Shown here: piece by piece, positions 51,698 to 63,990 of the stretch
How the letters are laid out: each line of letters starts with the position of its first letter
Numbering within the stretch: position 1 is the first letter of the stretch
Assembly: GCA_977017645.1 (NCBI GenBank)
Contig: OZ360230.1
Span: forward strand, 16,802,001 to 16,866,000
Origin: Torpedo marmorata
Lineage: Eukaryota
DNA length: 64,000 bases
Direction: 5' to 3'
The notes under the pieces: model-generated
Seen by the model: only the letters and a program-made list of their open reading frames with translations
Told to the model about the DNA's origin: nothing
Database searches by the model: none
Position numbers and translations under genes: made by a program

Positions 51698-53251
51698 TAA
51701 TTATCTCTCTAATCTTTCTTCCCCCCGCCCCCTGCCACCCCCGTGGTCTCTCCCTCTACCTGTCTCTACAGCTCTCCCACCTTCTTTCCAATACCCTATC
51801 ACCTCTCAGCCCCTCCCCTGCTTCTTACCCTACTATTTTTCCTCCACCTTTATATTACTTGATATCACCCTTTCCAACTTCAGTGTTGATAAAGGGTCCC
51901 GACCCGAAATGTTGATCGACCATTTCTACCCATGGATGGTTCCTGACCTGCTGAATCCCTCCCACTTCTCATTGCTTGCTCAAGATTGCAGCATCTACAG
52001 TTTTTGTGTTTCACTAATTTAGTTTATCAATATATGGGAGATATGTTGGGATTTACAAAATATCTGGTCAATAGCTGAAATGTGATTCCAGCTGAACACA
52101 AGAAGTGAGTGCCAAACAACAGAATTAATCCTAGTTATCAGCATTGTAAATAGCTGCACATGGCTGAAGGCCTTCCCAATTATAACCACTTAGGTGCAAG
52201 ATGTAAAATTTCACCCAAATCTACCACGGTATATGAGTAGGTCTGCTTTAATTCTATCCACAACTGTTCTGCAGAGAATATTTGTCAAGCCCTTCCTAAA
52301 TTAGAATGTATTGCTGTTAGATATATATTACACAAGTCTCATTATATTTTTTTCCTGTATTTTCAACCTTCTGACGCCTTTGGAGACACATGGTAAGAAT
52401 AATCAAGAGTCAGGGATCATTTCATCACCTCTGATGAAGATAAATGACTTCCAGTACAGGAACTGAACCTTGTCACAAACCATTTGCACAAAATGGCACA
52501 CTTGGGCTTTACATAACCCTGTGGGGAATACGATGAAAACCACAGGACAACCCCTGACAGGGCATGCAAAGCTTGCTGTTTTTAAATCACTTTCACTGAT
52601 TTGGTACATCAGCAAAAACCTACTTTTGTTGAGATATCTGCATCGTTTGACCACAGCTACCAACCAGTAAAGTAGTTATGACTTTGTTCTTCCCATTTTA
52701 AGATAAATACTCTCTAGTTTATCCCTTGAATCAGCTGCTGTGCACTTTGTAACAGAATATGCTTTGAACTTACCTTGGTCTGCTGTGCAAGGTATGTGGC
52801 GTAGCAAGATAAAGTAAAAGATAACTTTGCAATATCTTTTCTCTGTATCTGCTCTGCATAATTTTCAAAGAATTGGAGAGCAAAAGGAAACTGTTCATAA
52901 AAGCCTGAATTAATTAAATTGAATGGTTACAAAAGAAGAAGATAAAAACCAAAAAAAAAACAGCACCAAATTTTGATCGAGATCTTAGAAGAAAGAATAC
53001 GAAGCGAAGAGAAACAGTCTGAGGGGTAGCCAAAACACTTCACAAGAACATTATGTATCTGATGACCTGCATTGTCACAGAGTAATCTAAAGGCGAATGA
53101 AACCTTCTGTTGTACATTTTCAGCCTTGTGTTTTGACAATGAGAAACCAATCCGACTCCCTTAACAAATGTCCGACATTTCCAGCCCTCTCAGCAAAGAG
53201 CACTGTTTGTAAGACCAGCACAAAAATTCAAATAAAGAAACTTTTTTGAAA

Positions 53252-53795
53252 GCAAAACATCTGCCAATGCTGAAAATTTGAAATAAAGGCAGAAAAGTTT
53301 GGAAATACTCAACAGGTCAGACAACATCTGTGAATGAAGAAACAGGGTGAACATTTTGGCCAGTGATCTTTCATCAGAATAGGAAAAGTTAGAAACTAGA
53401 CGTGTTTTAAGTTCTGAAGAAGGGGAGGGGTGGAGACCAAGAGTGATTGAATGACAGAAGTGCAGTGCTGCAGGTGAAGGTTGGTTAATTGCAGCTGATC
53501 TGTCTGTAGGAGATGTAAATAAGTGATGAATGAAACAGGAAAGAAACAAAATGTGGGGACGGTGAGTACAAAACATGGCAGTGCTGGAAATCTGAAATAA
53601 CAGAGAATGCTGGCAATACTCAACAGATCAGGCAGCAAATATGAATAGAGAAAAATGCAGTTAATGTTACAATTTGATGGTCTTTCATCAGAACCAGCCA
53701 GACTGGGAAGGTACCTGATCTGAAATTCTTCAGTTCAATGTTGAAAGCTGTAAGATGCCCAGTTGGCAGAAGAGATCTGTTCCATGAGCTTATGC
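53252..53795 (-). mobile_element. Old Penelope-like 3' end with two tandem tail copies (pseudo-LTR-like)
   Basis: Direct repeats at 53252-53380 and 53570-53695, each containing tttcatcagaa (CTGATGAAA on minus). An endonuclease-end remnant lies at 53720-53795. Confidence 0.6.
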
Positions 53796-54015
53796 ACGCA
53801 GATCAGCTTCTGTCAACCGCAAAACACAATCTGTTGGAGGAATCTGTTTATTGTGTTTTGCCCCAGCATCTGCAGTCTCTTGTGTGTCTTTAGCTTCCAT
53901 TAATTGACCTTTACCATCCTCTTTCAGAGAGCAGCGTTCAATTTCTCTTGACCACCACTTAAACACAGGCCTTCCCTTTGTTCTTTGCACAATCCTCCTT
54001 CTCCTCAACTTGTGA

Positions 54016-54745
54016 CATCAAGTCAAGTCAAGTTTATTGTCATCTGATTGCACAAGTACAACCCGACGAAACAGCGTTCTCTGGTCCTCGGTGCAAAACA
54101 CGCAGACAAACAACCAGACATAACACACATACAGACAAACAATACATATGCAGGACAAGTATTCAGATATGCACATAAATAAATAAATATTGTTTTCTAA
54201 ATATGAGAGTCTCGGATGGTTAGTGTGAGCAGTTTCTTTGGTCATTCAGCATTCTCACTGCCCATGAGAAGAAGCTGTTCCTCAGCCTGGTGGTGCTGGC
54301 TCTGATACTCCTGTATCTCTTTCCTGACGGGAGCAGCTGAAAGATGCTGTGTGCGGGGTGGAAGGGGTCCTCAATGATTTTGCACACACTCTTCAGACAA
54401 CAATCCCAGTAGATCATGTTGATGGGGGAGAGGAAGACTCCAGTGATCCTCTCTGCTGCTCTTATGGTCCTGTGGATTGACTTCCGATCCATATTTCTTC
54501 AGCAACAGTACCATACTGTGATGCAGCCGGCCAGAATGCTCACGATAGAGCTCCTGTAAAAGGTTGACACAATTGCGGCTGGTAGTGCAGTTGCTGTTGC
54601 GCCTTCCGGACTAGTGAGGAGATTTTGTCTGTCCACGATAGGTCACCAGTGAACTCCAAGGAACCTGGTTCTTTCCACTCTCTCCTCTACAGAGTTGTTG
54701 ATGTGTAGTAGGGCGTGGCCGTTCCTGGTCCTCCTGAGTCCACCA
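54016..54745 (-). mobile_element. Rex1/Babar LINE 3' fragment, (CTTGA)n tail
   Basis: ORF 54220-54492 reads [41 protein letters not shown]. Tail catcaagtcaagtcaagtttattgtca. Confidence 0.88.
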
Positions 54746-56356
54746 TTTCTAATTTTTTTCTTGTTCTAATGGAAGGTCATCCACTCAAAATATCAACTCT
54801 GTTCCTTGCTTCTGGGGTGCTGGCAGACCTGCAGAATATTTCCAGCACTGGAGTCTTAGTTAGATGGTTCTAATTTACTTTTTAAGTTAAATTCATTCCA
54901 AAAGCTGCAAATTCTGGTTGTGATGAAGCCTATTTCGAAAGATTGTGCAAGGGTATGATTAAATGAAGTCATTGTTTTCATCATTTCAGGGAATATTTGG
55001 ATAATTTGATTTTAACATTTTTTGATGGAAGAAAAAAACATCCTCATTGTGTTGCTTAAGTTTCCTCGTGTGCAGCGATTTCCTCAAGGAAATCTTACAG
55101 CTGTGACCTTCATTCACTTTTAAATTTATTGATCTTTGTTCTGATCCTCCAATCGTTGGATGACTTTGTGATTGACAAGTTGGACTTTTGCAGAATAAAA
55201 ATAAAAATTGATCACTTTGAATTCAATTCAGATAGCATTCCTGTTCAATATTTCAAGAAGTAAATGGTTTTGAAATGTGAACTGTGCAGCAGCCACTTCC
55301 CTTGAGGGTGAGGGGTATTGATTCAAACTGAACAAATTGGCAGGCATGCATTTTTAAACTCTGGAGTATCTGAAGAAGATAGCGGCCAAAAGATTTGGCA
55401 TGAGTTATTACTATTAAATTTGATTATTTTTTTTAATGCCAAGAATGTGATTTGTGAGATGGGGTAACATGCAGGGAGGCTGAGGCAGCGGGATGGATCT
55501 ACTTCGGATTACATTTTAAATCGGAGAACATGTTGTAATAAGTACATGTTGGTTATTGCCATGTGAAAGGCTAATAGAGACAGATTGTTTAATGCATTTT
55601 TATACCCGAATTTCTGAACATGATGAATGTTGGCATTTTATTTTGATAATGATTAAATTATTTGAAATAATATAGCGCAGCTGACCTTTTGATCTTTTGC
55701 TGCTTACCATTGCACGGTTAAAGAGCGTTGCTGCTAATTGGCTTGATTCACTCTCAGTCACTTCCATTAGGGGAAATGAAATCAAAAGCAAATTTCAGGA
55801 CATCAAGAAAAGAACCTGCTGGAGATTCCTTTGTTAGGAACATCATGCTTTGTATTAAACAACACATTGTGCACTCCCACAAAACCGCCTGATGCTTACA
55901 GCTTTGAAAAATGCAGATGCTGTAACACTTTAATGACAATATTATTTTTCCTGAAAACTCCATTTCTACTTTAAATTCACGAGAACAAAGCAAAGCAAAG
56001 TCGTTTATCATCCATCATTGATGCTTTGTATTATCTGCATTGTTTGAGCAAATGCTGAGCAAACAAGGCGGCAGCAGTTGGATCTACTCAGATTTGCCTA
56101 CACGAGCATATCACTTGATCCCACTGACCAAGAGCTCCTGTTGATTTACATCTCATTATGGAACTAATGAATTGTTTAGGCAACAAGTACATTTGGCAAG
56201 AGTCTTCATGGGTTACCATGCATAATTAATTAGACAGGGCATTTGTTAATATTTGAAATTGCTGTCCCTGTTTCTTGATATCCAGCTCAAAAATATTGAC
56301 ACAATTATTACCCTTACCTGACTCACATCCAGGAGCTGTTAAATATCTTTTTTTAA

Positions 56357-56454
56357 GTAAAAAACACAAATGCTGGAGAAACTCAGCAGGTCAAACAGTG
56401 TCTTTTATGTAGCAAAGGTAGAAATACATAACCGACGTTTCGGGCTTGAGCCCT
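56357..56454 (-). mobile_element. Single arm of the hammerhead-bearing Penelope tail
   Basis: Almost identical to 16103-16193. The minus strand reads aagggctcaagcccgaaacgtcggtt (perfect GGGC/GCCC stem II) but lacks the UGANGA box. Confidence 0.8.
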
Positions 56455-57742
56455 TTGTTAATGGAAAATACAATAGGAAAAAAATATTTATTCCTGTGAA
56501 GTGAAGATGTATATTCCTCTTAGAGCTAGGCTTTTACTTTCAGGGTGTTGCAGATCTAACTTCAGGTTATGGGTGAATGTAATATGTTGAGAATATTTAT
56601 TTTCTTGATTACCGGTAGTTTCAATTTATAAAATTCAATACTGGTATGCAGAATGCTTCTTCATTAAATATGNNNNNNNNNNNNNNNNNNNNNNNNNNNN
56701 NNNNNNNNNNNNNNNNNNNNNNNNNNNNNNNNNNNNNNNNNNNNNNNNNNNNNNNNNNNNNNNNNNNNNNNNNNNNNNNNNNNNNNNNNNNNNNNNNNNN
56801 NNNNNNNNNNNNNNNNNNNNNNNNNNNNNNNNNNNNNNNNNNNNNNNNNNNNNNNNNNNNNNNNNNNAAATACTTCATAATGTGTATTTTACCTGAAATG
56901 AATATTGATAAGTTGTGGATATATGAAAGTCATGCCTCATATCAGTGGAGGACAGCAATGAAATCATTCAGGGTTGTAATGCAAAAAAAAGAGCCAATTT
57001 TACTCCTTTTTTCCATGAGTCACCTGTGATAATATTTTGTCTTATTCATTTCTCACATCCTTCAATATTTCATTTCACCCTGCTTCAATTGTTCAAACTC
57101 TTATCTCTGAGCCAGAAAATCAAAGATTCAAACCAGTTTTGAACACATTTTAGATCAATATTCTCATTAGAGGTTGCATCTTTAGTTAAAGGAGTCAAAC
57201 TGATAACCCATTGAAATGCATAGAGGAATGCAAATTATTCGATGGTGAAGTTTGACAAAAGAGCAGGAAATTTTCCTCGTGGTCTACCAATATTCCTCCC
57301 TTAATGAACACCATCAAAAGCAGATGAACGTCATTTGTGTGTGAAATTTGCATGCAAATTGACTGCCACGTTTGTCCATGTAGTTCTATGACCTTCAAAA
57401 AATATCCATTGGATATAAATTACTGAGGGACTTAGAGGATGTAAAACACAAGGCTTCTTTCCTCCAATTAACAAGATAAATTTCCTTTATAGAAACTTAG
57501 GAATGTTGTATCAATATCATAATTGCTATCTGTGCGAAAATGTTCTAACCTTATCCTTATTTCAAACTTGCTTCTCTGGTTATTGGGAATTTTGGCCTTG
57601 GATTTCCTTGCTGTAGCGAGCCATGGGCGCTCATCACTTGTCTACCTGTTTAACCCACCCTTATCCTGAGAAGATTCTAGATAAGGACTTCTTTAACAAA
57701 GTTGCCTCTGATCTGATGAGTATGACTAAGTGCATCACAATG

Positions 57743-58194
57743 CAGAGTCGGCGCCAGAACGAGTGTTAGAGAGGGACATTAGGGTAACCGGGGGTGGCGG
57801 GGGGGTGGGCACAGTCCGACAGTCGTAAACTCGCTCAGAGGGAGGGGGGGTGCTGGTGGACTACCTGCCGAACGGACGTAAACCAGGGGGGGGGGGGGGC
57901 TGATGGCCTACCATCGGAACGGATGTAAACCTCCTCCTCCATCCTCTCCGACGGTAGCAGCCGAAAGCGTTGCTTTTATTGCATCGAGAGTCACTAGCCT
58001 GCGCTAGTGACGCTTGACGCACGCTAATGACGGGGGCGGGTGGAGAGTCACTAGCGTGCATCAAGCTATTCGCTAGTGATGCTTGACACACGCTACTGAC
58101 GCGGGCGGGGGCGGGTCTGACGGCAAGCGATGGGGGCACAGAATCTCGCTTGGGGGACAATGCCCGTGAATACCCCCCCTTGGCGCCGACCCTG
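57743..58194. mobile_element. hAT-type non-autonomous element, GC-rich
   Basis: TIRs CAGAGTCGGCGCCA / TGGCGCCGACCCTG. 8-bp TSD tcacaatg / tcacaagg. Confidence 0.82.
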
Positions 58195-59346
58195 TCACAA
58201 GGCTATCTGATAATAAATCCCATAGAAATGCATTGACAGCAGATGTAGCTTAACTGCATAGGCTGTCAAAGCTGCCATATAGCTTGAATGCTTGTGAATC
58301 TCTTCAACATTCACCAATATTCAAAAACGAATTAAAATAAAACACTTAACAGCTCTATAAAGCTTTTAAATACAAGTAAACATATTTACACAATTAAATT
58401 TAAAAATACAAATACCTGAAATTTGCTTCTCTCCCATGCATCCAAACTCTTGCCATTGAAATGAGTGGAATTGTGCACTGTCTAACTTGGTGCCGATTCA
58501 GAGTGAAGATTTTCCATTATAAAATGAGGAAACTGCAGGAAGCTTTAACACAGCTCTGTGTTGAAGCTCCTGCAGTTTGTCACTGTAAGTTTAAATGAAT
58601 TTTCAAAAGAAGTTAAGAAACCATTTGAAAGTTTTGCAGATGGTACTCTATGAAGTTCAACCTCAGAACATAGAAAGAATGAGAGTAGTGCGCAGTTGTC
58701 AGAAAATTTAGAATTTTTGTGTTTGCCCATGCCTCCACAGTTCTACAGAACAGCCTGACATTTCTAAGATATTGGTGGCAGTTCCATGTGGTATTTGGGT
58801 CAGGATTGCGAAAATAATCCATTATTTTGTTTTCACTCAACAAATCTTCATTTCTTAACTTTCTCCTCATGACTGTGACCCCTGATCCTGGTGACATTTT
58901 GGAGAATGAGATGTCAAATATTTTCAAATGTAAATATGATTAACAGTAAGAATTTTCACACTTTTGTTTTTAGCCAGCTGATCAAATAAGGATATTTTCA
59001 AAAGTCTTTTTATGCCACCTTCAATCAACTGCACCAGTGCACCAAAGGATTTCACATTTTAAATTTGATAATTGAGGGAGACTTTCTTCCCCAAGTCTCA
59101 CTTCACAAAGGTATATACTGTATTTCTTCAGATTAAAGTGCATCTGCCATCTATCTGTCCATCCTGATACTTCATCTCTGGCCCTGTGGTCCTAAACTGA
59201 CATGATCATGATTTCCAATAATCACAAATTTTGAAATGGTTTCTTTAATTTCTTTGCAAAGTTAAATTCAGCTCACGCTACAAATAACAGCAGCATCAAC
59301 AAAGAGCTGAGTGAAATATTGGGGTGGACCTGATACAAGGTGGTCC

Positions 59347-59668
59347 TGTAAGCGGCCTGCGAGCCAATCGGAGACCCGCCGCACAAAATGGCGGATGAAC
59401 TCGGCGATCGCGCCAGGGCCACATAAACTAGATGGCTCTTCTTGCAGCAGCTCCAGTCGACCAGCGGGAAACGACGAGCACCGGCGGGAAAACAGATCAA
59501 TCAGAGGCCGGCCCACCAGTGACGTCATATCCGCATCTCCGCCGGAAGGGGTGGGTTCTCCGAGCTACTGGCCCTATATAAGGCAGAGCAAGAGCTCTAA
59601 TAAATCAGTCTCGTTTGGACTCGCATCGTGTGTGTGTGGTTCTTCGAACGCAGCCGCAGCGCACTACA
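59347..59668 (+). repeat. 5' LTR (TG...CA)
   Basis: Direct repeat of 63306-63627. TATATAA at 59575, AATAAA at 59599. Confidence 0.95.
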
Positions 59669-59669
59669 T

Positions 59670-59683
59670 TGGTGACCCCGACG
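59670..59683 (+). other. Primer-binding site complementary to the tRNA-Trp 3' end
   Basis: TGGTGACCCCGACG begins 1 nt after the LTR. The eukaryotic tRNA-Trp 3' end is CGUCGGGGUCACCA. Confidence 0.9.
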
Positions 59684-59711
59684 GGTCTGAACGGCGTTTT
59701 CAGACCCAGCG

Positions 59712-60370
59712 ATGACGGACCAGGCAAGCATCCACGTGATCGCCCTGAAGCTACCGACCTTCTGGACAACACAACCACAGGTCTGGTTCGAGCAAGCCGA
59801 GGCTCAATTCCAGATCCAACAGATCTCCTCTGACGCCACGAGGTACTACTACGTGGTGAGCTCGCTGGATCAAGACACAGCGGCCAGAATCGTCGATTTC
59901 CTCTGGCACCCACCAGAGCAAGAGAAGTATGAGGCCATGAAAGAGCTATTAATCCGCACCTTCGGGCTCTCGAAGCGCGAGCGCACAGCCCGATTGTTGC
60001 ACATGAACGGGTTGGGGGACAGGGCCTCATCTGTCCTCATGGGCGAGATGTTAACGCTCGCCGACGGCCATAGACCTTGCATGTTCTTCAAGCAGATATT
60101 CTTGGAGCTATTGCCGGAGGATGTCTGATTGATGCTGGCAGACAAGGACTTCAGCGACCCGAGGAAGGTGGCAGCCCGGGCAGACGTGCTACACGGGCAC
60201 ACGTCGCCAAGCCCCGCTTTCAGCGAACGACAGGGCCGCCAGCTACACGCGACAGGCCAACGGACCCCATGGGTGAGCAGTGCTGTTATCATCAGCGATG
60301 GGGTGCGGAGGCCCGATGATGCCACCCACCCTGCACGTTTCCGGGAAACGCAACGGCCGGCCGTTGTTAA
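59712..60370 (+). pseudogene. gag: Gypsy gag (disrupted)
   Basis: ALKLPTFW..PQVWFEQAEAQF N-terminus, stop at 60126-28, and the C-X2-H-X9-C-X3-C knuckle CCYHQRWGAEAR*CHPPC typical of the CsRN1 clade. Confidence 0.88.
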
Positions 60371-63290
60371 TGGCTGCGGCGGTTGGCCAACGAGACAGCC
60401 TGCTCCACGTGTGGGATTCCCTGTCAGGACAAAACTTCTTGGTCAACACCGGAGCCGAAGTCAGCGTCCTGCCCCCCTCGGCACATGACATCCGCAACAA
60501 GCGGCAAGGCCCATCATTGAGAGCAGCAAACTGCTCCACCATAAGGACGTTCGGCATGCGTACCGTGCCGCACCGTTACAGCGACAGCCGGTTCACATGG
60601 ACTTTCACACTCGCTGCAGTAGAACGACCACTCCAAGGAGCGGATTTCCTCAGGGCACATTGCCTGCTGGTGGATCTCAAAGGGCGAAGGCTGGTCCACG
60701 CTACAACCTTCCAGTCTTTCCCCCTGGGAAAAGCTGATTTACCCGCCCCCCCCCACCTCCATTCTATCACCGTTGACCGCAACGAGTTCTCACGAATCCT
60801 CGCTGAATTCCCATCCATCGCGGTACCACAGTTCACCTCTGCCGGCCCAAACACGGGGTGCAACACCACATCATTACCGAGGGCCCTCCACGCTAGGGCA
60901 CGCCACCTCCCCCCCCCAAGAAGCAGATGTTAGCAAAAGAGGAGTTCAGAAAGATGGAAGAACTGGGGATCGTGCGCAGGTCAGACAGCCCCTGGGCATC
61001 CTCCCTACACATGGTACTGAAAGCGGCAGGAGGGTGGAGACCGTGCGGAGACTACCGGCGCCTGAACGAGGAAACCACGCCAGACCGATACCCAGTGCCC
61101 CACATACAGGACTTCACCGCAAACTTACAGGGGTCATGGGTCTTCTCCAAGGTTGACCTGATCAGAGGCTACCACCAGATCCTGGTCCACCCTGAGGACA
61201 TAGCTAAAACCGCCATCATAACCCCCTTTGGTTTGTTTGAGTTCCTAAGAATGCCTTTCGGGCTAAAAAACGCGGCTCAAACTTTCCAGAGGTTGATGGA
61301 CAGGGTGGGCCGGGACCTCGATTTTGTATTCATCTACCTCGATGACATACTAGTGGCTAGTCGCAATCGTGAAGAACATGCGGCGCACATACGGCAGCTG
61401 TGCTTCCGCCTCAGAGACTTCGGCCTGACCATCAACCCGGCCAAGTGCCAGTTTGGGCTAGAGACTATTGAATTCCTGGGCCACAGGATTACCAGACACG
61501 GGGCGACACCGCTACCTGAGAAGGTAGAGGCTGTCAGGCGCTTCACCAAGCCACACACGGTGAAGGGCCTCCAGGAGTTCACCGGTATGATCAACTTTTA
61601 CCACCTTTTCATACTGGCGGTAGCCCACATCATGCGCCCGCTATTCGCCTTGATGCCTGGCAAGAAGAAAGAGGTGGAGCATTAGAAGCGTTTCAGAGGG
61701 CCAAAGCCACGCTTCTGGTGCACCCGCGAACAGATGCCCCGACCGCCCTCATGACAGACGCCTCCAACAGAGCGGTCGCGGGAGTACTTGAGCAACAGGT
61801 GGACAGACAATGGCAGCCCTTAGCTTTCTTCAGCAGGCATCTGCGGGCACCCGAGCTCAAGTACAGTGATTTTGATCGTGAACTGCTTGCCCTATACCTA
61901 GCGGTACGACATTTCCGATCACAAACCACTGACCTTCGCTTTCAACAAAGTGTCGGACCCGTGGTTGGCCAGGCAACAAAGGCACCTGTCCTATATATCC
62001 GAATTTACCACGGATATTCAGCATATCGCCGGAAAGACTAATGTGGTGGCTGACGCTTTATCACGCCCTACAATTCAGACGATACAGGCACTGTCCCAAG
62101 GGGTCGACTTTACAGCGTTGGCCCAAGCATAGCTGCAAGACCCTGAGATTCCCACGAACAGAACGGCGGTGACAGGTCTTAAACTAGAAGACATCGCCAT
62201 CGGGCCCGGCAACCAGACACCACTCTGCGATATGTCAACGGGTAAACCCCGCCCTGTTGTCCCCGAGGCATGGAGACGCCCAGCGTTCGACACGGTGCAT
62301 AACCTGGCGCACCTGTCCATCAGGACCACGGTCAGGTTGGTAGCCAACAGGTTCGTGTGGCACGGTCTCCAGAAACAAGTCAGCCAGTGGGCAAGAACCT
62401 GCACACACTGCTAGACGTCTAAGGTACAGATGCATGTCAAGGCGCCCCCCCCCCCCCCCCCAATCGTTTGAGCCAGTACGGTGGAGGTTCAGCCAAGTCC
62501 ACATCGACATCGTGAGCCCCCTGCCAGTATCGAGAGGGGCACGGTACCTACTGACGATGGTAGAACGTCTTACGAGATGGCCGGAAGCGGTTCCGCTGGC
62601 AGAAACCTCAACGGGGACCTGTGCCAGAGCCCTCATCGACACATGGATGGCTCGATTCGGAGTCCCGGAATACCTGACATCCGACAGGGGTGCGCAGTTC
62701 ACTTCGGGACTCTGGACAGCTATGGCTAACCTGTTGGGAACCCAGCTCCACCACACCACGGCTTACCACCCCCAGGCCAACGGACTGGTGGAGCGGTTCC
62801 ACCGGCCCCTGAAGGCAGCCCTGATGGCCCGCCTCAAAGGACCACACTGGACTGACGAACTACCATGGGTACTACTGGGAATCAGAACGGCACCCAAAGA
62901 GGACCTCGATACCTCAGCAGCAGAGTTGGTGTATGGCGCACCCCTGGTTATTCCTGGCGAGCTCCGAGAGCGACTGGGGACACTGGCCCCGTCACAACCC
63001 ACACCTCACGACCACCCAAAGACACGTGCCCAAGGACCTACTCAACTGCAGGTTTTCGTACGACGAGGAGCACATCGGCCGCCGCTGCAATGACCTTACG
63101 AGGGGCCCTACAAGGTGATCCAGCACAATGGATCAACATGTGTGCTGGACATCGGAGGCAAGGAAGAGACATTCACAATAGACCGCCTTAAGCCAGCACA
63201 CAACGACGCCAGCCAACTGGTCATCACACCAACCCCACGGCGCAGAGGCAGGCCGCCGAAAGCACAAAACACCGCCACGATCGCCGGTTC
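60343..63290 (+). pseudogene. pol: Gypsy pol (protease, RT, RNase H, integrase), with multiple frameshifts/stops and a catalytic D>N in the protease
   Basis: FLVNTGAEVS; [24 protein letters not shown] and YLDD; TDAS..DRELLA; HNLAH..CTHC; HIDIV, SDRGAQF and ANGLVERFHR; YEGPYKV. Confidence 0.93.
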
Positions 63291-63305
63291 TGGGGAGAGG
63301 GATCG

Positions 63306-63627
63306 TGTAGCAGCCCGCGAGCCGATCGGAGACCCGCCACACAAAATGGCGGGCGAACTCGGCGATCGCGCCAGGGCCACGTAAACTAAGATGGCCCTTC
63401 TTGCAGCAGCTCCAGTCGACCAGCGGGAAATGACAAGCACCGGCAGGAAAACCGACCAATCAGCGGCCAGCCCGCCAGTGATGTCATATCCGCATCTCCA
63501 CCGGAAGGGGCGGGTTCTCCGAGCTACTGGCCCTATATAAGGCAGAGCAAGAGCAATAATAAATCAGTCTCGTTTGGACTCGCATCGTGTGTGTGTGGTT
63601 CTTCGAACGCAGCCGCAGCTCACTACT
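63306..63627 (+). repeat. 3' LTR, preceded by polypurine tract GGGGAGAGGGA (63292-63302)
   Basis: Matches the 5' LTR with roughly 25 differences by eye; terminal CA has become CT. Confidence 0.95.
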
Positions 63628-63763
63628 GTCCCATATTTATTGCTTGCTAAGTTAGCGGTGTTATTTTCCATTGAGCCTCCACTGGCTGTCGTTGCTCATG
63701 AAATTCACAGGTGTCCCATCCTTCTGAGCCTGTGCTTGGTTAAACAAGGCACAAGTATAGCAC

Positions 63764-63990
63764 AAACACAAAAATGCTGGAGGAACTCAGCAGGTCACGC
63801 CGCATCCATAGGAGGAAAAGATATATAACCAACATTTTGGGCCTGAGCCCTACCTTGAAGAAGGGTTCAGGCCTGAAACATTGGTTACATATCTTTTCCT
63901 CCTATGGATGTTGCGTGACCTGCTGAGTTCATCCAGCATTTTTGTGTTTTTACTACAATCACAGCATCTGCAGACTTTCGTGTTTCACTC
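63764..63990. mobile_element. Second fold-back Penelope-derived element with hammerhead-like core
   Basis: Inverted arms ~63764-63851 / 63862-63949. Core ACC-TTGAAGA-A-GGGT TCAG GCCT-GAAAC-ATT-GGT. Probable TSD cacaagtata (63750-59) / cacaaatata (63991-64000, cut by the window end). Confidence 0.8.

Larger units (their letters stand above)
49850..52015 (+). mobile_element. Penelope-like fragment (GIY-YIG remnant 49850-50012, resumed 51070-51130, tail 51700-52015) interrupted by Rex1 and CR1
   Basis: gtgagacc..gggcgaccactttgcacagcacttgcactc and aagcttgaggaacaacac lie before the Rex1. The tail contains ttgataaagggtcccgacccgaaatgtt. Confidence 0.7.
59347..63627 (+). mobile_element. Ty3/Gypsy LTR retrotransposon, CsRN1 clade, structurally complete but decayed
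   Basis: Two 322-bp LTRs, 4-bp TSD GTCC (59343-46, 63628-31), tRNA-Trp PBS, PPT and the order gag-PR-RT-RH-IN. Confidence 0.95.

Noticed and set aside
22758-56867. ORFs spanning N-runs (22758-22891, 30549-30783, 34236-34401, 56673-56867)
   Set aside because: Artefacts of unknown bases. The gaps mostly abut simple or low-complexity sequence; the 34236 gap corresponds to the T-rich L1 UTR.
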